Shown piece after piece: positions 10,068 through 18,407 of a stretch of DNA of 26,574 nt. The first letter of the stretch is position 1; every line of letters starts with the position of its first letter. A program made the position numbers and the translations under genes. The stretch spans positions 1 to 26,574 of the forward strand of contig JBNKNM010000061.1 in NCBI GenBank assembly GCA_050293845.1. Reading direction: 5' to 3'. Below the pieces are notes generated by a model. That model was not told the origin of the DNA, did no database searches, and saw nothing but the letters and a program-made list of their open reading frames with translations. Origin of the DNA: Pseudobacteriovorax sp. Lineage in GTDB: Bacteria > Bdellovibrionota_B > Oligoflexia > Oligoflexales > Oligoflexaceae.

Positions 10068-11264
10068 ATGCTTAAGTTTTTTCTTTTTGCCCTATTGTTG
10101 GGGCTAACTCCCTGTAGCCAGAAGGATAAGGCTAAGAGAATTCATAAAGACTTACCTGTCGTTGATGGCCATAATGACCTACCATGGGCGATTCGCCAAA
10201 GTGGACTAGCCCTTAAAGATATTGATCTTACAAAGTACCAAAAAAAGTTTCATACCGACTTAAGGCGCTTGCGTGAAGGAGGAGTTGGCCTTCAGCTTTG
10301 GTCAGCCTATGTCCCTGCAAGTACAGCTGAGGACAATACAGCTCTAAAAACCACTCTGGAGCAAATCGAGCTGATTCACAGCATGCACAAAGCCTATCCC
10401 AAGCACCTGAAGCTAGTTGCCAATGCTGCAGAAGCTCAGCAGGCGATCCAAGCTAACGTCATTGCTGGCATGATCGGTGTTGAGGGCGGTTACTCCATTG
10501 AAAACTCCTTATCAAACTTAAAACTACTGTTTGATAAAGGTGTGCGCTATATGACCTTAACCCACTCTAAAAATATTTCTTGGGCCGATTCAGCCACTGA
10601 TACCCCCCAGCATCACGGACTGACCAAGTTCGGTGAAGATGTGATACGGGAAATGAACCGCCTTGGAATAATCGTGGATATATCCCATGTATCCTTTGCC
10701 ACCATGAAGCGTGCGATGCAAGTTTCGCAAAGCCCAGTCATTGCCAGTCATTCATCAGCCTATGCCCTGGCTCGCCACCCTCGCAACGTTCATGATGATA
10801 TTCTCAAACTCATGAGAACAAAAGGTGGCGTTATCATGGTTAATTTTTACTCCGGTTATATTCGCAACGATGCTAGTAAAGTTTTAACAGAGTTCCAGCA
10901 AACAAAGGACCTTCTGAAACAGAAATATCCCAAGCAAGAGGATTATCGTAAAGCAGTTGAAGAGTTTTTTAAGGAGCATCCCCTTCCCAAGGGTTCTGTA
11001 GATGATGTCGTTGATCATATAGACCACATTGCGAGAATTGCCGGCATCGATCATGTCGGTCTAGGTTCTGACTTTGATGGTGTTGGAACCCTGCCGGAGG
11101 GGCTGGAGAATGTCTCTCAGTTCCCCAACATCACTGCAGAGATGCTTTCCCGCGGTTATTCCGAAACCGACATTCGCAAGGTTTTAGGAGGTAATTTTTT
11201 TCGCGTTCTTAAGGCCAACGAAGCCTATGCCAAGGGGCAACAGTCCCACCATAAAAGCCATTAG
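10068..11264 (+). CDS. Membrane dipeptidase (peptidase M19), exported
   Basis: DGHNDLP, GVEGG, YMTLTH, DISH, ASHS, HIDHI and GLGSDFDG, plus an N-terminal signal. ATG 10068 follows GGAG (ORF track start is 10062). Confidence 0.93.
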   Translation: MLKFFLFALLLGLTPCSQKDKAKRIHKDLPVVDGHNDLPWAIRQSGLALKDIDLTKYQKKFHTDLRRLREGGVGLQLWSAYVPASTAEDNTALKTTLEQIELIHSMHKAYPKHLKLVANAAEAQQAIQANVIAGMIGVEGGYSIENSLSNLKLLFDKGVRYMTLTHSKNISWADSATDTPQHHGLTKFGEDVIREMNRLGIIVDISHVSFATMKRAMQVSQSPVIASHSSAYALARHPRNVHDDILKLMRTKGGVIMVNFYSGYIRNDASKVLTEFQQTKDLLKQKYPKQEDYRKAVEEFFKEHPLPKGSVDDVVDHIDHIARIAGIDHVGLGSDFDGVGTLPEGLENVSQFPNITAEMLSRGYSETDIRKVLGGNFFRVLKANEAYAKGQQSHHKSH

Positions 11265-11345
11265 TACGGGAAAAAACTATCAACCATCGTTAACGAGAAA
11301 ACTTTTTCACCGAAGTAACTCAGGTGGACATTGCGGGGCTCTGGC

Positions 11346-13079
11346 TTAGCCCGTAAAGTTGCGGACCACCGCACGGCTTATGAATCGAGCCTTATCCCGC
11401 AATCGAAACCTTTTCAAATTGGTTTTCACAATACCACGGGTAAACCTGGTAGACTTCGCATAATCAATGTTAACATCAACCATGACAATACGATTGTCTT
11501 CAGCTGATTTTATGGCTTCAGCAATCACCCTTTCAATGTCGCTATTGCTTTCCATATACAGGTATTGAGCATGGCTTGCTTCAGCGATACCTTGCATCCG
11601 AATATTGCCGAGAACAGTGCAGGTTTTTCGGTTATAGGGGATTTTTTGCGCTTGGGAAATTTGTGATAACTCCCCATCGCTAAATACAAACATAATAGCT
11701 CCCACGCGCTCCCTGACAGCGGTGATCATTTCCAAACCAGTCATCATAAATGCCCCATCACCTACGATGCCAACAACCTGTCTTTCTGGATGTGCTAATT
11801 TCGCTGCTATAGTGGCAGGAACACAGTAGCCCATGCTGTTAAAATCTGTGGGAGAGATGAACTGCCCTCCTTTTGGAATAGGCATCAGTTCCGCGGTCAA
11901 AAACGTATGATTGCCATCATCGGCAACAATAATGGCATCATCGTCTAAAATACGTCGTAAAGTCGCAAAGAAGAGCCCAGGGTTTACCTTCTGGCCACTA
12001 TCATGTTGAGCCCACTCTTTTTGATAGTTACTTTTTTGCTCGTTGATGGCCTGAGTCCAATGCTCTTTATGATTGCTGCTAATCTTTAAATGCTGCAGCT
12101 CTTCGCGTAGCGCTGTGAGGACCTGCTTGGCATCCCCCTCAATGGCCACTTTTGCAGGATAATTGGCGCTAAACACCTCGGGATTGATATCGACATGAAT
12201 AAGGTTTTCTGGGGGATTGATCCCGAAGCTTCCCGTCGGTATCTCGCTAAACCGAGTCCCCACGGCCAACAGGCAGTCGCAGTTTTTAAATGCCAGTTCC
12301 GAAGCAGGTACCCCATAGGCTCCCATGCCCATACCGGTGTGCAGAGGATGATCTGCCGGAAAGCTGGAAAGCCCTTGAAGGGTAGTGGCTACAGGTGCTC
12401 CTAAAAGATCCGCAATCGCCTCACTAGCTTCCTGGGCACCCTTAGCACCCCAACCCAAAAACATTCCTGGCTGCCGCGCCTGAGCCAGTAGGGATGCAGC
12501 CTCCTTGATCTTGCTTAAATCCAGCTGGGGTGGTTGCTCTTGGTTTTGAAAGGTAGGAATACTGTCCACTGCTCCAGAAAACATAGAAACATTCACAGGG
12601 ATTTCAATGAAAACCGGCCCCGGCTCTCCCGAGACTGCTATGCGATAAGCTTTGTAAATGGTAGGAATAACATCATTTTGACTCGCAACTTTAAAATTGG
12701 CCTTGGTGATAGGTTTTATCAAAGCATGTTGATCCATATCGTGGAGCTGATACCGATGACCGGTATCTGTTCTAATACCCCCGGAAATAACCAGCATAGG
12801 AATACCATCCAGACTAGCCTCAGCGATACCACTAGCAGCATGGGTCACACCAGCAGCAGGAACTATCACACAACAGCCAATAGACGAGGTTGTACGACTG
12901 ATAGCATCAGCCATATAGGCGGCACAACATTCGTGGTTAACCAGCACGGGCCTAATTAATTCTGAATTGTTAAGCTCGTCGTATATTTCAGTATTATGAA
13001 CTCCTGGTATACCAAATGTATATCTTACTCCAATTTGTTCCAAAGCATATCGCGCTAGCCAGGCGCCTGTTTTTTTCAT
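11346..13079 (-). CDS. Thiamine-diphosphate-dependent enzyme (acetolactate synthase large-subunit-like family)
   Basis: FGIPG, VNHE (catalytic Glu), PGPVFIEIP, DCLLAVG, and the ThDP motif GDGAFMMTG. ATG 13079 follows GGAG. No small regulatory subunit is nearby. Confidence 0.9.
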   Translation of the reverse strand: MKKTGAWLARYALEQIGVRYTFGIPGVHNTEIYDELNNSELIRPVLVNHECCAAYMADAISRTTSSIGCCVIVPAAGVTHAASGIAEASLDGIPMLVISGGIRTDTGHRYQLHDMDQHALIKPITKANFKVASQNDVIPTIYKAYRIAVSGEPGPVFIEIPVNVSMFSGAVDSIPTFQNQEQPPQLDLSKIKEAASLLAQARQPGMFLGWGAKGAQEASEAIADLLGAPVATTLQGLSSFPADHPLHTGMGMGAYGVPASELAFKNCDCLLAVGTRFSEIPTGSFGINPPENLIHVDINPEVFSANYPAKVAIEGDAKQVLTALREELQHLKISSNHKEHWTQAINEQKSNYQKEWAQHDSGQKVNPGLFFATLRRILDDDAIIVADDGNHTFLTAELMPIPKGGQFISPTDFNSMGYCVPATIAAKLAHPERQVVGIVGDGAFMMTGLEMITAVRERVGAIMFVFSDGELSQISQAQKIPYNRKTCTVLGNIRMQGIAEASHAQYLYMESNSDIERVIAEAIKSAEDNRIVMVDVNIDYAKSTRFTRGIVKTNLKRFRLRDKARFISRAVVRNFTG

Positions 13080-13092
13080 CAAATGTCTCCTG

Positions 13093-13121
13093 GAAACCCG
13101 GTTCTTTAGGACCGGGAGGAA
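13093..13121 (+). mobile_element. Orphan IS200/IS605-type end hairpin
   Basis: GAAACCCGGTTC-TTTA-GGACCGGGAGGA has the same architecture as the tnpB right end at 25744-25775 (GAAGCTCGGTCC-TTTA-GGGCCGAGTAG). Confidence 0.55.
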
Positions 13122-13217
13122 TGGAGAAGCCCTGGGGCAAGCATCCCATTGCTAGATGCAAAATTCTCCATTATGGTTAACGTTAATTTTTAGGAGTGAG
13201 TCATTAACAGTATGTCC

Positions 13218-14831
13218 TCAAAGCTGTTCTATTCCAGCGATAGAGTTTGCCGCTATTCTCCCGTTAAAAATACAATTCGATAAAAAAGTCCCTTCTAAGG
13301 AGCGCTTGCCAGCGATACCACCGCCGCCAAATCCAGCACATTCCCCCACAGCGTATAAAGAATTCATAACCTCACCCTGCCTATTCATGACTCTAGCCTG
13401 GAGATCGGTTTGCAAGCCCCCCATACTCTTCCGGGATATAAGTTGTTGCCGAATGGCAATCAGAGGAAAATGCTTCGGATCATTGATGGGTTGAAAATTA
13501 CAGGTGCGTATGCGATCCACTTTCCACCGTCGCACCTCAGCAAGCCTGAACAGTTGATCGTCACTGTGGAACGGATGGCCTCTGCGCATCCTTTCATCGT
13601 ATCGCGATATATCTCTTTGTAAATTTTCCTCGGACATATAGTCATTACCAGCAACTTTGTTCATCTTGTGAACCAACTCACCAATGCTATTGCCTACCAC
13701 GACATCTGGACATTCTTCAATCAACCAATTGATAAGCTGGCTGTTACCTAAAAGGAGATCCTTCATGAGGTGTAAAAACTTTCCATCACGTATATGCGGA
13801 TTAGTATCACAACCGGAGACTGCCAGCTCTTTCTTAGCAATTTTATAGTTCATTACCGACCAAGTGTACTGGTGCTTTTGACTCGCTATTTTTTGACAAA
13901 GGTCGTAGGTATCAAAACTGGTCATCATAGGCTTAGGACCAATACGATTACCATAGCAATCGACCCACAATGCGGTCCGTGACGGAACGATGCTCATCCC
14001 ATGGCCATTAAACTTTGGCTGGGGATGCACCACTCCGGAAGCGTAGTTCCACATCCATTGCAAGTTGGTAACATTAGCCCCATGCTTTGCTGACTGCTCG
14101 TGGAGCAAACCATCGGCAAAGGGATGCGAACCATTGAGCATCCGTTGCGGTTTGGGACTGACTGTATCGTCCCAATACTTGCGGACCTTTTCAAGATTTC
14201 CCCCCATACCTCCTGACGCAATCACCGTATAGTCGGATCGCACCTGAAAATCACCTTGAGGAGACTCTCCCACGCAGCCCACAATATGGCCGTTGGTTTC
14301 TTCAAGATCCGTCACTTTATGGTTAAAAAGTATTTGCAGCCGATCCCGATGCGGGTGTCTTTCCAATTTGTGAATAAGGGTCTGGATAACATTTCTTCCA
14401 GTACCCCAGGCAATATGATAACGGGGTACCGAATTGCCAGGAATAAAATTACCGCGTTCCACCCAATGCACCGCCGGTAAAAATCGAATCCCTTGCTGGA
14501 GCAGCCAGGAATAAATGGCATCTGTGGATCGGTTAATATAGTATTCAGCCCAGCGCTTAGGCCAAATATCGGTATCTTCAAATTCTGCACTGCTAAACCA
14601 ATCGGACATGGCCAAGTCAACAGAGTCATGAATGTGGTGCTTTCTTTGGAGAGGTGTATTCACAAAAAGCATACCCCCAAAGGCATCATTGGCAAGCCCG
14701 CCAAAATGATCTTGGGGACCACGTTCCAATAAGGTTACTGTTTTATTAAAGCCGATAAGCTCAAGTGCCGTAGTAACCCCAGCTAGTCCTCCCCCAATAA
14801 TTGTCACATCACTGCTATAATGGTTCGTCAT
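13218..14831 (-). CDS. FAD-binding dehydrogenase (COG3573/KsdD-like flavoprotein of unknown substrate)
   Basis: IIGGGLAG Rossmann motif, then WVERG..PGNSVPRYHIAWGTG, RKSMGGLQTD and LYAVGECAGFGGGG..GKRSLEGTFL. ATG 14831 is the likely start (ORF track start is 14846). Confidence 0.88.
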   Translation of the reverse strand: MTNHYSSDVTIIGGGLAGVTTALELIGFNKTVTLLERGPQDHFGGLANDAFGGMLFVNTPLQRKHHIHDSVDLAMSDWFSSAEFEDTDIWPKRWAEYYINRSTDAIYSWLLQQGIRFLPAVHWVERGNFIPGNSVPRYHIAWGTGRNVIQTLIHKLERHPHRDRLQILFNHKVTDLEETNGHIVGCVGESPQGDFQVRSDYTVIASGGMGGNLEKVRKYWDDTVSPKPQRMLNGSHPFADGLLHEQSAKHGANVTNLQWMWNYASGVVHPQPKFNGHGMSIVPSRTALWVDCYGNRIGPKPMMTSFDTYDLCQKIASQKHQYTWSVMNYKIAKKELAVSGCDTNPHIRDGKFLHLMKDLLLGNSQLINWLIEECPDVVVGNSIGELVHKMNKVAGNDYMSEENLQRDISRYDERMRRGHPFHSDDQLFRLAEVRRWKVDRIRTCNFQPINDPKHFPLIAIRQQLISRKSMGGLQTDLQARVMNRQGEVMNSLYAVGECAGFGGGGIAGKRSLEGTFLSNCIFNGRIAANSIAGIEQL

Positions 14832-15174
14832 AGGTGAATCCACCAAGTTAATGATTCTAGGTTTTTGGGTTTTATGAACGAGATTCTTACCAAAGGCAAT
14901 TAAATTAATTTGAGCTTAATGTCTTTTTAAATATGTGAGTCATTCGCCTTAGTTTTGCGTGATATGATGATACGTTTATTTGTGATAGTTTTGCTGGTAG
15001 CAAAGGGGATGGTGAGCCTGTATGCAAAGCATCTGAAGAAAATGGAACAACTGCTATTCCTGGTAAAAGGCCAGCCTTTTAGATGGTATACTCCACGGCT
15101 AAGCCTGCCATATGAGCGAGGAATAGAGTGATTCTAGGGCCTTGGCTAACTATTCCTCATCTAAGGCCTGAGCC

Positions 15175-15885
15175 CTATTTTACAAGGGCCTGAGCCAGAA
15201 ATTCCTCACACCGAGCCCAAGCTTTTCGTGCCACCGATTCACGATAGACAGTGCCGAACTTAGGGTCGTTGGCTTGGGGATTGGTGAAGGCGTGAACTGT
15301 ATTGCTGTAGGCAATAAATTCCACTTCAGCCTCACACCTTTTCATCTCTGCCATAAAATCAATTATCTCCTGCGGTGTGGCCATGGGGTCATCATATCCA
15401 TGTAATATCAACAAGGGAGCTGTGATCTTCTGCTCGTCTAATTGGGGTGCTTTGAGCAGACCGTGAAAACTGATGATGGCTTTTGCTGGAACCCCTGAAC
15501 GGGCTAGATCCAACACGCTCAAACCACCAAAGCAAAAGCCAATAGCGGCAAAATTTTCGCCATCGTAGGTTTCCACTTGGTTTAAAGCCTCAACCCCAGC
15601 AAGCAAGCGGCGACGTAAAAGCAGTCTATTTTCCACTAAAGGTGTCATAAGCGCCGCTTTTTCTTCCTTTGTATGACCCGTCTTTCCCTCGCCATATAAA
15701 TCTAAGGCAACACCGATATATCCTTGCCTTGCCATCTTTTGCGCAGCTTCTTCTGCAAAGTCGTTGCGCCCGGACCAATCATGGGCCACCAAAACAGCGG
15801 GATAAGATCCTTTGCCCTCTGGTGCGAAATAGCATCCCTGAAGTTCTGTCGTTCCATCTCCATAAATTAGAGTTTTTTTATTCAT
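15175..15885 (-). CDS. Dienelactone hydrolase family alpha/beta hydrolase
   Basis: AHDWSG, nucleophile motif GFCFGG, HGYDD and HAFTNP. ATG 15885 follows GAGGA. Confidence 0.92.
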   Translation of the reverse strand: MNKKTLIYGDGTTELQGCYFAPEGKGSYPAVLVAHDWSGRNDFAEEAAQKMARQGYIGVALDLYGEGKTGHTKEEKAALMTPLVENRLLLRRRLLAGVEALNQVETYDGENFAAIGFCFGGLSVLDLARSGVPAKAIISFHGLLKAPQLDEQKITAPLLILHGYDDPMATPQEIIDFMAEMKRCEAEVEFIAYSNTVHAFTNPQANDPKFGTVYRESVARKAWARCEEFLAQALVK

Positions 15886-15992
15886 CGCCATCCTCAAAGC
15901 TTAATTAATTTAATAAACTTTGACGCTAGTAGGGCTTGCCAAAAAAGTCAATTCAAGAGCAAGCTTATCGGCCCATGAACCCTAAGCCAGAG

Positions 15993-16736
15993 CTACTGTT
16001 TCTTACAGTAAAGTATCTGAAGATAGGGCATGACATTACTAGTATAAGCTGAGCTTGATGCGGTTTTAGCAATATCGACTTGATGGTTGTGAGTACCTGA
16101 GTCATAGGAATTAAAACTGCTGATATTGATAGAATGACGATGAGAGCCTCCTTTAGTTGTATAGTGGAAGCGACTGGTATCGGCTATCATGGGGTAACGG
16201 CCTGATCCATTGTTATGGATACCATCATCCCAATTCGTAATCAGTAGTTGACTGCCACTTGAGTCATAGGTGTACCATCTTTTGCGATCGGAATTGGAAA
16301 AACGCGACCATATATGATTGTGACTCCCATCAAAGCTCGTCGTAGTATTAGGTGGGTCAACCCTGTGACGATGATTACCGTTATAAGTGGTTGTAGCCAC
16401 TGCGGGATTAACAGAATGGCTGTGGGTCCTGTTTTCTAAATCCTTTAAAGGGCTTCCTACTGTACCCTTGGCGGTTCCTCCAATACCATAGCCCACCATA
16501 GCACGTCCTTTTGCCTCTGCAAATACCTCCCAGCCGACAGGACAACTTTTAAGATCAAAGGCCATAATGCTTCCACGGGGAAGCTGCTGAGTGGCTAAAC
16601 CTTCAACCATGCTTTTTAACTCGTCAATTTGAGCCTGTTGTATAGCAATGATTTTAGCGTTGTCTTCTTCGGAAGCAAATGAGGAACTACTTAAAAACAG
16701 TCCTGCGAGGATTATGAATTTTTTACTGTAAAACAT
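15993..16736 (-). CDS. Secreted phage-tail-collar/tail-fibre-like protein with HxH repeats
   Basis: Sec signal (SSFA|S), short coiled coil, collar-like LPRGSIMAF..CPVGW....GRAMVG, five HxH motifs (HSH, HRH, HNH, HRH, HNH), and the C-terminus NVMPYLQILYCKK. ATG 16736 follows GGGAG. Confidence 0.75.
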   Translation of the reverse strand: MFYSKKFIILAGLFLSSSSFASEEDNAKIIAIQQAQIDELKSMVEGLATQQLPRGSIMAFDLKSCPVGWEVFAEAKGRAMVGYGIGGTAKGTVGSPLKDLENRTHSHSVNPAVATTTYNGNHRHRVDPPNTTTSFDGSHNHIWSRFSNSDRKRWYTYDSSGSQLLITNWDDGIHNNGSGRYPMIADTSRFHYTTKGGSHRHSINISSFNSYDSGTHNHQVDIAKTASSSAYTSNVMPYLQILYCKKQ

Positions 16737-16948
16737 AGGATCTCCCATTACCTAAATGCACTGATCTGGAAACAAAATAAGAGAGCAGTAATAGCATGAC
16801 GCAACCTAGAAAAACTGCCCCGACAGTGAACGCGTGAAATGTTAAAAAAATGCAAAATTATATTAAAATATTTTCTTTTTAAAATATTGCAAGAGTTTTG
16901 CTTCAGTGACGTTTAAGGGTTGATTATTATATCATGAGGTAAACAAAC

Positions 16949-18397
16949 ATGATGATAAAAAGGCGCCTTCTTGGTTTGTGCATCTTCAGCATACTCCTCG
17001 GCTGTAACAAGCCGCTTACAAATCACATAAAAACCGATATTACCGGTGACCCTCAGCGCAGCATCATTCCCCTAGGTACAGGCTTTCGTTCGTTTGATGA
17101 GAGCTTTTTAGGAGGGAACCCTTGTGTAATTTCGCAACATGGTCATCGCGTTTTTCCTGGTATAAAAGCCATGTTAAAAGGAGGATTTTCAGAAAGTAAA
17201 GATATCAGCAGCAATAAGGTATCTTGGGGAGGAAGAGCAGAAGGCTCTATGGGAATTTTTAAAATAAGTGGAGAAATTTCAAAATCTAAAACGGTGATTG
17301 ATAACGATTTAAAGACATCTCTCTTTACTAATTTTAAAGCGGTTGCGGGAACTATTAGTATACAGCAACCTGAACTCAGTCTTAAAGCTAAATCCCTGCG
17401 CAGTCAAGACCCATGGAAAAGATATGAAGAGTGTGGTGATGAATTTATCTATCAAATAGAGCTGGGTGGCAAACTTACCTTAGGTCTGGAGTTTGCATTT
17501 AAATCACGGGAGGAACGCAAAAATTTCCATGTCAAAATATCTGGCTCAGCCAGTGTTTTTGGTGAGGAAATAACAAAAGATCTGTATACCAAAGATAGTA
17601 CATTCAATCAGGATAAGGTTAATGCCTCTGTCAGAATTATTTTTGAGCAGGAAGGTGGCGATCAAACCCAGTATCTAGCAGCAAAGGGAAATATTCCCCA
17701 TGGATGTTGGGCAAAAACCGATGAGGATGTGGAAGGCGAAAATATCAAGTCGCAAAAACTGACTGGATATCAAGAATGTCTAGACGCTTATAAGAGCTTG
17801 ATCAGAGGGTATGCCGCCTATTCTTTTCCATCGCAGATTAGCCCTCTGACGAATGAAATCATGAACAATATTAACGAATCTGGATATATAGCTCTAAACT
17901 ACTTTACCCTTCCCTATAGTAGAATAGCTTACTATGACTTTCCTAAGCTTATTTCGGAAAGCCCTAGTTTTGTCAGCTCATTCCTAAGACAACTTGTCAA
18001 ACCATTCGCCAAAGAATATGAAAAGCTTTTATTGGACTTGTATACCTTAGAAGCTATATTAGAAAACCCCTCCCACGGGAATTACCTGGAAACAACCGAA
18101 AAAGAACAGTTAACGCTTCATTATCAGGAAGCATCTACTCTTAATCGAGAAATCAATGGTTTCTTTCAGTCCTGTGCCTCCGACATTCCGATGGCTATTA
18201 TCAATGATTATAAGAACCATAAAACTACATACCCCAACACTATACCACGCTGTGACATCCCCATAGAAAACAATTCATCCTTTCCTGCCACTCAAGATGT
18301 CATTTGTCGCTGTCAAAATGCAATAAATCAGCCCTATGGTGAGTCGGACTCGCTATTGAAGTATCTACAAGATTTTAACACTCAATTGAGATCATAA
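16949..18397 (+). CDS. Lipoprotein with MACPF/CDC-like domain, no LRR (operon gene A)
   Basis: Lipobox LLG-C, then LGTGF, CGDEF-x6-GG, QEGGD and a helical Cys-containing tail. GAGGT RBS. Confidence 0.6.
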   Translation: MMIKRRLLGLCIFSILLGCNKPLTNHIKTDITGDPQRSIIPLGTGFRSFDESFLGGNPCVISQHGHRVFPGIKAMLKGGFSESKDISSNKVSWGGRAEGSMGIFKISGEISKSKTVIDNDLKTSLFTNFKAVAGTISIQQPELSLKAKSLRSQDPWKRYEECGDEFIYQIELGGKLTLGLEFAFKSREERKNFHVKISGSASVFGEEITKDLYTKDSTFNQDKVNASVRIIFEQEGGDQTQYLAAKGNIPHGCWAKTDEDVEGENIKSQKLTGYQECLDAYKSLIRGYAAYSFPSQISPLTNEIMNNINESGYIALNYFTLPYSRIAYYDFPKLISESPSFVSSFLRQLVKPFAKEYEKLLLDLYTLEAILENPSHGNYLETTEKEQLTLHYQEASTLNREINGFFQSCASDIPMAIINDYKNHKTTYPNTIPRCDIPIENNSSFPATQDVICRCQNAINQPYGESDSLLKYLQDFNTQLRS

Positions 18398-18407
18398 GGA
18401 GAATTAT

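Noticed and set aside
14964..15131. Possible ~55-aa ORF (MMIRLFVIVLLV...) and an IR GAGGAATAG/CTATTCCTC
   Set aside because: No RBS or recognisable homology. It cannot be distinguished from chance.
15965..15991. Perfect sigma28 -10 element (GCCGATAA, minus strand) upstream of the dienelactone hydrolase
   Set aside because: No TAAA -35 element is present at the proper spacing.
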